A stretch of 64,000 nucleotides of DNA from Gemmatimonadota bacterium (GTDB lineage: Bacteria; Gemmatimonadota; Gemmatimonadetes; Gemmatimonadales; GWC2-71-9). The notes beneath the pieces were generated by a model that ran no database searches, had not been told where the DNA came from, and saw only the letters and a list, made by a program, of their open reading frames with translations. Positions 1-7,693 of the stretch are shown here, one piece after another; position 1 is the first letter of the stretch, and each line of letters opens with the position of its first letter. The translations under genes and the position numbers were made by a program. Where the stretch lies: assembly GCA_003222115.1 (NCBI GenBank), contig QHUL01000069.1, positions 12,417 to 76,416 on the forward strand. Direction: 5' to 3'.

Positions 1-647
1 CGGCGCGCATCCGCAGCGCCCCCGCCGACGTGGGGACGCTGCGCGTGCGGCTCTCCGGCGTGTCGCTCGCGGGGCTCGATCTCGCGGGCGGAGCGCAGCG
101 GCTCCGCGGGGACACCCTGGAGGTGCACCGCCAGGAAGTCCCTGCGGCCGCATACCGGCTCCCGGCCGCGGACACGGCGCTCCGGCCCTATCTCCTCCCC
201 GAGCCGCTCATCCAGAGCGGCGACGCCCGCGTCCGCGCCCAGGCGCGCCAGCTCGCGGGGCGGGAGCGCGACCCGGCGCTGGTCGCGGAGCGCCTCACCC
301 ACTGGGTGTACGGCCACGTGGAGAAGCGACTCACGGTGAGCGTGCCGAGCGCGGTGCAGGTGCTCGCGGCGCGGCGCGGTGATTGCAACGAGCACACCGT
401 GCTGTACGTGGCGCTGGCGCGGGCAGCGGGACTCCCGGCGCGCGCGGCCGCGGGCCTCGTCCATCTCGACGGCCGCTTCTACTATCACGCCTGGCCCGAA
501 GTGTGGCTCGGCAACTGGGTCGCCGTGGACCCGACGCTCGACCAGTTCCCCGCCGACGCGACGCATCTGCGCTTCGTCGTCGGGGGGCTCGCCCGGCAGG
601 TCGAGCTGGTCCGGATGATCGGGAAGCTGAAGCTCGAGGTGCTATGA
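1..647 (+). CDS. Transglutaminase-like domain protein, 5' end cut by window edge
   Basis: Frame is open from the window start. Core GDCNEHTVLYVALARAAGLPAR ... HAWPEVW ... DPT fits the transglutaminase-like Cys-His-Asp core. Stop overlaps the next start (ATGA). Confidence 0.7.
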   Translation, partial: ARIRSAPADVGTLRVRLSGVSLAGLDLAGGAQRLRGDTLEVHRQEVPAAAYRLPAADTALRPYLLPEPLIQSGDARVRAQARQLAGRERDPALVAERLTHWVYGHVEKRLTVSVPSAVQVLAARRGDCNEHTVLYVALARAAGLPARAAAGLVHLDGRFYYHAWPEVWLGNWVAVDPTLDQFPADATHLRFVVGGLARQVELVRMIGKLKLEVL

Positions 648-1402
648 TCCGTCTGGAGAGCCTCACCAAGCTGTACGGCAGCTTCGTAGCGGTGGACGAC
701 ATCACGCTCCACGTCCCGCGGGGCGTACTGTACGGCTTCCTGGGGCCGAACGGCGCCGGGAAGACGACGACGCTGCGCATGATCGCCGGCATCCTGCGGC
801 CCAGCCAGGGCCGGGTCCTCCTGGGCGGGGACGACGTGCACCAGAGGCCGCTGGCCGCGAAGCTGCGGCTCGGCTTCATCCCGGACCGCCCGTTCGTGTA
901 CGACAAGCTCACGGGGGCGGAGTTCCTGCGGTTCGTCGCGGGACTGTACGGCCAGGAAGGCGACGTCGTGGAGCGCCGCATCGCCGAGCTGCTCGAGGTG
1001 TTCGAGCTGACGAGCTGGAAGGACGAGCTGGTCGAGGCGTACAGCCACGGCATGCGCCAGAAGCTGATCATCTCGAGCGCCCTGATCCACCGGCCGGAGT
1101 GCATCGTCGTGGACGAGCCGATGGTGGGCCTCGACCCCAAGGCCGCCCGCCTGCTCAAGAACATCTTCCGCCAGTTCGTCGGCAAAGGCGGGACCGTGCT
1201 GATGAGCACGCACACGCTGGAAGTCGCCGAGGCGATGTGCGATCAGGTCGCCATCATGCAGCACGGCCGCATCGTGGCGAGCGGCACGGTCGCGGATCTG
1301 CGGCGGCAACACCAGGCGGGGGACGCGAGCCTGGAAGAGCTGTTCCTCAAGCTCACGGGCGGCGTCGAGGCGCGCGAGCTCGCCGAGGTGCTGGGCCGGT
1401 GA
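644..1402 (+). CDS. ABC transporter ATP-binding protein
   Basis: Walker A GPNGAGKTT, signature SHGMRQKL, Walker B IVVDEP. ATG 644 overlaps the upstream stop. Confidence 0.9.
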   Translation: MIRLESLTKLYGSFVAVDDITLHVPRGVLYGFLGPNGAGKTTTLRMIAGILRPSQGRVLLGGDDVHQRPLAAKLRLGFIPDRPFVYDKLTGAEFLRFVAGLYGQEGDVVERRIAELLEVFELTSWKDELVEAYSHGMRQKLIISSALIHRPECIVVDEPMVGLDPKAARLLKNIFRQFVGKGGTVLMSTHTLEVAEAMCDQVAIMQHGRIVASGTVADLRRQHQAGDASLEELFLKLTGGVEARELAEVLGR

Positions 1403-3090
1403 AGCAGCCCTCCCTGCGCCACGTGCTCCAGCCGAAGTGGCGCACCGCGCTGCAGCGCGTCCGCGAGGAGCGGGACCGGGGCGGCAGCGGCAAGCTCCTC
1501 ATCCTCGCCCTCGTCGGGCTCGCTTTCTGGACCGGCGTGTACGGCGTGCTGTACCGCATCCTCAAGTACTTCCGCGGCGTCGAAGACCTCGGGCCGCTGC
1601 TCGCCGGCAAGCTCCTCGGCTTGGTGCTGCTCTCCTTCATCTCCATTCTCGTGCTCTCGAACGTCATCACCGCGCTGTCCAGCTTCTTTCTCGCCAAGGA
1701 CCTGGACCTCCTCGTGTCGGCGCCCGTGGACTGGCTGCGCCTCTATCTCGCGAAGCTGGGCGAGACGCTGCTGCACTCCTCGTGGATGGTGGCGTTGATG
1801 GCGGTCCCCATCCTCACGGCGTACGGAGTGATCTACCGCGGTGGCCTGGTCTTCCTGCCGGTCGCCGTGCTCACGCTCGTGCCGATGCTGGCGCTGCCGG
1901 CCGTCGCCGGCAGCGCCATCACGCTCGTGCTCGTGAACGTCTTCCCCGCGCGGCGCACGCGCGACCTGCTGTCGATCGTCGCGCTCGGGGCGGCGGCGGG
2001 GGTGATCCTCCTGTTCCGGTTGATCCGCCCCGAGCAACTGGCGCGCCCGGAGGGGTTCCGCAACCTGCTGGACTTCATCACGGTGCTGCGCACGCCCACC
2101 TCGCCGTTCCTCCCGAGCGAGTGGGCGGCGAAGGCGATCATGGGCTTCCTGCGACACAACTTCGATCCCCTGCCGTTGCTGCTGCTGTGGAGCACGGCCG
2201 CGGCGCTGGTGACCCTGGGCGGGCTGCTGCATCGGGAGCTGTTCGCCACCGGGTACACCAAGGCGCAGGAGGGGGCGGAGCGGTTCGTGCGCGGCACGTT
2301 CTGGCGCTGGACCGTGGGCACGCTGCTGCTGCCGCTGCCCGTCGCGAAGCGGGAGTTCGTGCTCAAGGACGTGAAGCTGTTTTTCCGCGACACCACGCAG
2401 TGGAGCCAGCTGATCCTGCTCGCCGTCCTCGTCGTCGTGTACCTGTTCAACATCAAGGCGCTGCCGCTGCATCGCGGCGAGCCGGTGGGCTTCTTCTACG
2501 TGACCCTGGTGTCGTTTCTCAACCTCGGCCTGTCCGGGTTCGTGCTCGCGTCGATCGCGGCCCGCTTCATCTTCCCGGCGGTCTCGCTCGAGGGCCGCCA
2601 GATGTGGCTGCTGCGCTCGAGCCCGCTCGATCTGCGGGCGCTCCTCTGGTCCAAGTACTGGGTGGGGACCGTGCCGCTCCTGGTGCTGGCCATGCTCCTC
2701 ACCGGGCTCACGGACGTGTTGCTCGAGGTCTCCTCCTTCATGATGATCCTGAGCCTCGCGACGATCTTCGCCCTGACCCTCGCGATCGCGGCGATGGCGC
2801 TCGGCTTCGGCGCCCTCTATCCCCAGTTCGAGACCGAGAACGCGGCGCAGATCCCCACGTCGTTCGGCGGGTTGGTCTACATGATGGCGACGATCGCACT
2901 GCTCGCGGGTGTCATCGTGGCGCTGTGGCAGGCCGTCTACGTGTACGTCCACGCGGTCTACGAGGGGCGACCGGTGGTGGTGGACGCGTGGATGCTGTGC
3001 TGGTTCACCGTGGCCGCGGCCCTGTGCGCGGCGGCCACGGTGATTCCTCTGCGGGTGGGGCTGAAGAAGATGGAAAGCTTCGAGTTCTAG
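1399..3090 (+). CDS. Polytopic membrane protein, putative permease partner of the ABC ATPase
   Basis: GTG 1399 overlaps the ATPase stop (GTGA). About 560 aa with many hydrophobic helices. Role inferred only from coupling to the ATPase. Confidence 0.6.
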   Translation: MKQPSLRHVLQPKWRTALQRVREERDRGGSGKLLILALVGLAFWTGVYGVLYRILKYFRGVEDLGPLLAGKLLGLVLLSFISILVLSNVITALSSFFLAKDLDLLVSAPVDWLRLYLAKLGETLLHSSWMVALMAVPILTAYGVIYRGGLVFLPVAVLTLVPMLALPAVAGSAITLVLVNVFPARRTRDLLSIVALGAAAGVILLFRLIRPEQLARPEGFRNLLDFITVLRTPTSPFLPSEWAAKAIMGFLRHNFDPLPLLLLWSTAAALVTLGGLLHRELFATGYTKAQEGAERFVRGTFWRWTVGTLLLPLPVAKREFVLKDVKLFFRDTTQWSQLILLAVLVVVYLFNIKALPLHRGEPVGFFYVTLVSFLNLGLSGFVLASIAARFIFPAVSLEGRQMWLLRSSPLDLRALLWSKYWVGTVPLLVLAMLLTGLTDVLLEVSSFMMILSLATIFALTLAIAAMALGFGALYPQFETENAAQIPTSFGGLVYMMATIALLAGVIVALWQAVYVYVHAVYEGRPVVVDAWMLCWFTVAAALCAAATVIPLRVGLKKMESFEF

Positions 3091-3575
3091 AGCGGGAAGC
3101 TGAGCCCGCCGAGCACGTTGAAGGACGTGTTGTCCCTGAACACGAGCTTCGCCTCCAGGAACGGCTTGAACGGCATCGCCCGCCGGCCCTCCCACCCCGC
3201 GAACGCGTTGGCGCCCGCGTCGCCCCCGCCGCTCGCATGGAAGTACGCGAAGCCGCCGCCGAAGTAGAACAGACCGAACGCCGTCGGCGGGCGGTACCTC
3301 AGGTCGGCGTTGAGGCGGTAGGGCGTTCCGGTCACCCCGAAATAGAACTCGGCGGAGGGCACGAGCGTCCAGCGACGCCCGACCGGCAGGTTGAACTGCC
3401 CGCCGAAAAAGGTGTGATCCGCGTCGAAGTCATAGCCGATGCGGAAACCCACGGAAGGTCGCGGCGCGCCGATGAGCGCCTGCCCCCGCCGGGCGCGCCG
3501 TTGCGCGTCCGCGGTCGACGCCACGGTCGACAGCGCGACGAGCGCCACCAGCACCCGCAACGTGACGGATCTCAC
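3087..3575 (-). CDS. Small outer-membrane beta-barrel protein
   Basis: GTG 3575 is preceded by a GAGGGA Shine-Dalgarno. Signal peptide ...LVALSTVASTADA. Alternating aromatic/Gly strand pattern and C-terminal ...GGLSFPL. Confidence 0.55.
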   Translation of the reverse strand: MRSVTLRVLVALVALSTVASTADAQRRARRGQALIGAPRPSVGFRIGYDFDADHTFFGGQFNLPVGRRWTLVPSAEFYFGVTGTPYRLNADLRYRPPTAFGLFYFGGGFAYFHASGGGDAGANAFAGWEGRRAMPFKPFLEAKLVFRDNTSFNVLGGLSFPL

Positions 3576-3637
3576 ACTGCCATCCCTCGGTGGAAAGGTC
3601 GGACACTGATAGGAGATACCGGTCGGAAACGCAAGGG

Positions 3638-4189
3638 TTAGGCGGCGACGCGCGCGCCGCAGGCGTGGCAGTAGCGCGCGTCGTGCTCCAAGGCCGCCCC
3701 GCAGCGCGCGCAGTAGCCCGGCGCGGATCCGACACGGCGGCCGCACTCCGAGCAGAACTCCGCATCCCGCTCCTGGCGAGGGCCGTGCTCCGGACAGGCG
3801 GGAAACCCGGAAGGACTCCCTGACGGTCGCGGGACGCGAGAAACGGGCGATGGAATGCTCGGAGGCGGCTCCGGCCCCTCGGCCCGCAGCGCCGTCAACG
3901 CCTCCGCCGCGTACTTCGCTTTCAGCGCGTCGTAGTCAGCGTCCGACAGCTTCCCAGTGGCCCGGTCGAACTCGATCTCTTTCAGCGCACGCAACGCGAC
4001 CGCGCGAGGGGAGAGATCATCATCCGGATCTTCCCCCTCGCTACCCCTTCCCCCTTCCCCCCGACCGTGAGGGAGTCCTTCAGGGTTCCCCGGCAGTTCA
4101 CGGTCAGCGAGGTCCGGCCGGAAGATCGGCCGCAGCACGTAGAAGACCGCCCCGACGGCGAGCAGCACGCCCGCCACGAACTCGAGCAT
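3638..4189 (-). CDS. CcmI-like N-terminal TM protein fused to a double zinc ribbon
   Basis: ATG 4189. MLEFVAGVLLAVGAVFYVLRPIF resembles CcmI TM1. Helical LKEIEFDRATGKLSDADYDALKAKY segment. C-terminus has CPEH..CSECG and CARCG..CHACG pairs. Last gene of the ccm cluster. Confidence 0.55.
   Translation of the reverse strand: MLEFVAGVLLAVGAVFYVLRPIFRPDLADRELPGNPEGLPHGRGEGGRGSEGEDPDDDLSPRAVALRALKEIEFDRATGKLSDADYDALKAKYAAEALTALRAEGPEPPPSIPSPVSRVPRPSGSPSGFPACPEHGPRQERDAEFCSECGRRVGSAPGYCARCGAALEHDARYCHACGARVAA
3800..3830. repeat. Short dispersed repeat copy 1 (core CGACCGTSAGGGAGTCCTT, reverse orientation)
   Basis: Its reverse complement matches 4062-4091 at about 27 of 31 positions. It shares an exact 20-mer with 58481-58500. 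Confidence 0.7.
4062..4091. repeat. Short dispersed repeat copy 2, inverted partner of 3800-3830
   Basis: cgaccgtgagggagtccttcagggttcccc, preceded by tandem CCCCTTC units (4044-4061). Confidence 0.7.
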
Positions 4190-4197
4190 CGCAGGAA

Positions 4198-4797
4198 TCA
4201 GCCGGGGAGACTGTCGAGCTCGCGCCGCAGGCGCTCGAGCTCGGCAGCGGTGGCGTCGAGCGCGGCCGGGGCAGCGGGAGCGGCGGGCCGCGCCGCCGCC
4301 GCGCGGGCCCAGCGGCGCAGCGCCATCACGAGCACCGCAGCCGCGACGAGGATCAGGACTGTGGGCAGGAAATAGCCCGCCAGGTTGAACCCGCGCTTGG
4401 GAGGCGCCATCAGGATCTGCACGCCGTTCTCGCGCACGAACTGGTCGATGATCTCCTGGGCGTCCTGGCCGCGGTCGGCGAGCTGCAGCACGCGCTGGTG
4501 CATGGCGGGACTCGTGGTGCAGCTGAAATCGGTAGTGCGGCAGGTGTAGACGTCCTGATTGCACCCGCACGTGCACTTCAGCTGCTTCTCGATCACCTGG
4601 ATCGCAGCGTCGTTGTCGCGTGCGGTCACGGGGGGGAGCGGGCGACCGGCGCGCGCCGGGTCAAACAGCCTGCCCGAGGGGCCGGTGCCGGGGAGAGAGT
4701 CTTGGGCGGCAGAGGGCGGTAGAGGGCGGTAGAGGGCGGCAGAGGCGAGTCCGCCGAGCAACCCGAAGAATTCGCGGCGTGTACAGTCCAGCATCAT
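4198..4797 (-). CDS. ccmH: Cytochrome c biogenesis protein CcmH (variant Cys motif)
   Basis: ATG 4797 overlaps the ccmF stop. RREFF Tat-like N-terminus. Core QLKCTCGCNQDVYTC...IIDQFVRENGVQILMAPP followed by a TM helix. Confidence 0.75.
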   Translation of the reverse strand: MMLDCTRREFFGLLGGLASAALYRPLPPSAAQDSLPGTGPSGRLFDPARAGRPLPPVTARDNDAAIQVIEKQLKCTCGCNQDVYTCRTTDFSCTTSPAMHQRVLQLADRGQDAQEIIDQFVRENGVQILMAPPKRGFNLAGYFLPTVLILVAAAVLVMALRRWARAAAARPAAPAAPAALDATAAELERLRRELDSLPG

Positions 4798-6815
4798 TGC
4801 TCCCCCACCAAGCGCACCACATACCCCGCTTGCACCCGTTTCACGGCGGGCGACCCGCCGCCCGGCCACATCACCACGAGCCCGCCCACCACCAGGACCA
4901 CGCCCCCGTACCACACCCACCACACCAGCGGATTGATGGTGAACCGGAACACCGCCTGCTCGGTGCCGTTCACCACGCCGCCCAGCACCACGTACAGGTC
5001 CTCGCGCAGGTCGCTCCTGATGCCGACCTCGGTCGAGGGCTGGAACGTGGGCCGGCCCAAGCCGTCCACGTGCTGGCGCTTCTCGGTCGTCAGGACGCCG
5101 AGCCGCTTGCCGTCGCGCTCCACCTCGAGCGTTGCCGCCGTGACCTGGCGGTTGAGCGCGTCGTACTGCGAGATGCCCAGGTGGGTGAGGCGGTAGGTCC
5201 AGCCGTAGGGGCTCCGGATCGTGGCCCGCTCGCCGGGGCGCAGCGTCACCTGGGTCTCCGTCTTGAACGCCATCCCGGCGAAGGCGATGAAGAGGATGAG
5301 GATACCGGTATGCACGATGTAGCCGCCGTAGCGGCGGCGGTTGCGGCCGACGAGCCGCGCCAGCGCGAGTGCGTACGGCTCACCGTACTGGCGATGGCGC
5401 GCGTGCGCGCCGCGGGCGAACTCCTGCGCGACCGTGGCCGCGACGAACCCGGCGAGCGCGATCGCCATCAGCGCCCAGCCGTCGCGCATGCCGCCGAGCA
5501 GCAAAATCAACCCGACGAAGCCTCCGGTGGTCACCGGCACGGCGAACTGCCGCCTCAGGTTCGGCAGCGACGCCCGGCGCCACGCGATGAGCGGCCCGAT
5601 CCCCGTGAGGGCGAGCAGCGCGAGGCCGAGCGGGATGTTGACCTGATTGAAGAACGGCGGGCCGACGGTGACCTTCGTCCCCTGCACGAGCTCGGAGAGG
5701 ATCGGGAAGAGCGTCCCCCACAACACGGAGAACGCGATCCCCACGAACAGCAGATTGTTGAACAGGAAGCTCGCCTCCCGGCTCACCATCGACTCGAGCC
5801 GCGCTTCCGCATCGAGCAGCGGGAGCCGCCGCGCGTACAGCGTGAAGCTCGCCGCCGCCGCCACGACGAGGAACACCAGGAAGTAATAGCCGACCGGCGA
5901 CTGCGTGAAGGAGTGGACGCTCGAGATCACGCCGGAGCGCGTGATGAAGGTCCCCATCACGGAGAGCAGCCACGAGCCGATCACGAGCGCGAGGTTCCAC
6001 TTCTTCAGCATCCCCCGCTTCTCCTGGATCATCACGGAGTGCAGGAACGCGGTCATCGTGAGCCAGGGAAGCAGCGCCGCGTTTTCCACCGGGTCCCACG
6101 CCCAGTAGCCGCCCCAGCCCAACTCCACGTACGCCCACCACATCCCGAGCAGCAGCCCGATCGAGAGGAACAACCACGACACGAGCGTCCACTTGCGGAT
6201 CGCGACCAGCCAGTCGGTGTCGAGCCGCCGCGACAACAGCGCCGCCATCGCGAACGCATACGGGATCGTGATCGAGATGTAGCCGAGGTAGAGCATGGGC
6301 GGATGGAACACCATGCCCGGGTTCTGCAGCTGGGGGTTGAGTCCGTTGCCGTCGAGCGGCGTGAAGGCGAGCCGGGCGAACGGGTTCGCCGCGAACAGCA
6401 TCACCGTCACGAAGAACGCGGCCACCGCGCACACGACGCCCGCGACGTACGGCAGCAGCGGCGCGTGGCGGCGCGACGTGAACGTCAGAGCGAGCGAGCC
6501 GAACAGGGACAGCACGCTGGCCCAGAAGAGCAGGCTCCCCTTCTGGCCCGCGTACAGCGCCGACCAGGTGTAGAAGATCGGCAGATTACGGCTGGTGTAG
6601 GCGGCGACGTATTCGACGTTGAAGTCGTGGTGGAACAGCGCCCACTCGAGCGCGAACACCGCCGTCACCAGGGCGGCGCACATCGCGAACACGGCATGGC
6701 GCGCGCTCTGCTGGAGGTCCGCGCGGCCGAGCAGCCCGCCCGCGAAGCCCGTCAGCGCCCCCCAGATCCCGACGAGGAAGGCGACCCACAACGCCAGATT
6801 GCCGAGGACGGTCAT
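4794..6815 (-). CDS. ccmF: Cytochrome c heme lyase subunit CcmF
   Basis: ATG 6815 overlaps the ccmE stop. WWD motif WGGYWAWDPVEN. Long polytopic membrane protein. Confidence 0.92.
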   Translation of the reverse strand: MTVLGNLALWVAFLVGIWGALTGFAGGLLGRADLQQSARHAVFAMCAALVTAVFALEWALFHHDFNVEYVAAYTSRNLPIFYTWSALYAGQKGSLLFWASVLSLFGSLALTFTSRRHAPLLPYVAGVVCAVAAFFVTVMLFAANPFARLAFTPLDGNGLNPQLQNPGMVFHPPMLYLGYISITIPYAFAMAALLSRRLDTDWLVAIRKWTLVSWLFLSIGLLLGMWWAYVELGWGGYWAWDPVENAALLPWLTMTAFLHSVMIQEKRGMLKKWNLALVIGSWLLSVMGTFITRSGVISSVHSFTQSPVGYYFLVFLVVAAAASFTLYARRLPLLDAEARLESMVSREASFLFNNLLFVGIAFSVLWGTLFPILSELVQGTKVTVGPPFFNQVNIPLGLALLALTGIGPLIAWRRASLPNLRRQFAVPVTTGGFVGLILLLGGMRDGWALMAIALAGFVAATVAQEFARGAHARHRQYGEPYALALARLVGRNRRRYGGYIVHTGILILFIAFAGMAFKTETQVTLRPGERATIRSPYGWTYRLTHLGISQYDALNRQVTAATLEVERDGKRLGVLTTEKRQHVDGLGRPTFQPSTEVGIRSDLREDLYVVLGGVVNGTEQAVFRFTINPLVWWVWYGGVVLVVGGLVVMWPGGGSPAVKRVQAGYVVRLVGEQ

Positions 6816-7219
6816 GCCGCCTTGGGGACCGCTTCGTAGCGGGACCCGCATTTCGCGAGCACGTCCGTCGCGTAGATGACCCCGTCCCGCTGGAGGCGGC
6901 CTTCCACGACGACCTCCACGCTGTCCGTGAAGGTGTCGGGAGGCAGGCCATGGAACACCACGGGGTAGCGGGCGCTGCCGTCCGTGATCTGGAAGCGGAG
7001 CGTCTGCGCCGCGGGGTCGCGCGCCACGGTTCCCGGCACGACCCGCGCCCCGACCTTCATCCCCAGGTTGTAAAAGGAAGGGTCCGCCGCGACGCGCTGC
7101 GAGAGCTCGCTCGGCGTGAGGAAGAACTGGCCCGTCTGCTTCACGCCCGAGGCCATGAGATACCCCACCGCCCCGACGACCAGCACGGCCCCAATGGCGA
7201 ACTTCGCTCCGGCGTTCAT
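6812..7219 (-). CDS. ccmE: Heme chaperone CcmE, CxxxY variant
   Basis: ATG 7219 (TTG 7225 is also in frame). N-terminal TM anchor and OB-fold-like core. C-terminal LAKCGSRYE sits where canonical CcmE has HxxxY. Confidence 0.85.
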   Translation of the reverse strand: MNAGAKFAIGAVLVVGAVGYLMASGVKQTGQFFLTPSELSQRVAADPSFYNLGMKVGARVVPGTVARDPAAQTLRFQITDGSARYPVVFHGLPPDTFTDSVEVVVEGRLQRDGVIYATDVLAKCGSRYEAVPKAA

Positions 7220-7224
7220 GCCCA

Positions 7225-7230
7225 ATTATA
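7225..7230 (-). promoter_or_regulatory. Perfect TATAAT hexamer 5 nt upstream of the ccmE ATG (candidate -10 box, near-leaderless start)
   Basis: Minus strand reads gaaggacaggTATAATtgggcATG. The hexamer overlaps the TAA stop of the upstream gene. The -35 region is weak (TGGAGC). Confidence 0.25.
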
Positions 7231-7693
7231 CCTGTCCTTCGCGCGCCTGCTCCAGCGCCCAGCGGACGGCCTGCTCCGGCGTGGTCACGCGCGGCATGTC
7301 CACCACCGACGGGAAGGCGTCGTGCAGGCCGACGATCGGCGTGCCGATCCGCTGCGCCAAGGCGATCTCCGACAGCGTCCCCCACCCGCCCCCGATCGCG
7401 ATCACCGCCTGCGCCGCCCGCACGATCAAGGCGTTGCGCATCTCCCCCATTCCCGTCGCGAGCGGGACGTCGATGAAGGGATTCGCGTCGGCGCGGTCGT
7501 TGCCGGGAAGGATGCCGACGGTGAGCCCGCGCGCCTGTTTCGCGCCCCGCGCGGCCGCCTCCATCACGCCGCCCAAGCCGCCGCACAGGAGCACCGCCTG
7601 CCGCTCGGCGAGGAGCCGCCCGACCACGCCCGCCCATTCCGCCTCTTCCGAGGTGCAGGTGCTGCCGCCGATCACGGCGACGAGGGGGTTCAC
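7226..7693 (-). CDS. TIGR00725 / LOG-family (lysine-decarboxylase-like) protein
   Basis: GTG 7693 overlaps the glpK stop. Rossmann-like VAVIGGS start and GGGWGTLSE motif. Confidence 0.7.
   Translation of the reverse strand: MNPLVAVIGGSTCTSEEAEWAGVVGRLLAERQAVLLCGGLGGVMEAAARGAKQARGLTVGILPGNDRADANPFIDVPLATGMGEMRNALIVRAAQAVIAIGGGWGTLSEIALAQRIGTPIVGLHDAFPSVVDMPRVTTPEQAVRWALEQAREGQV

Noticed and set aside
644-1402. The ABC ATPase considered as CcmA of the nearby ccm cluster.
   Set aside because: It is on the opposite strand from the ccm genes, is coupled to its own large permease, and is separated from them by an outer-membrane protein gene.
1243-3195. 650-aa minus-strand ORF antisense to the ABC permease. 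Similar giant shadow ORFs occur at 1437-3641, 4620-6839, 11561-13117, 13561-15423 and 13671-15569.
   Set aside because: The translations are Arg/Gly/Pro/His/Asp-rich low-complexity strings with no motifs. Each lies antisense or out of frame to a gene with clear family signatures. These are typical high-GC open-frame artefacts.
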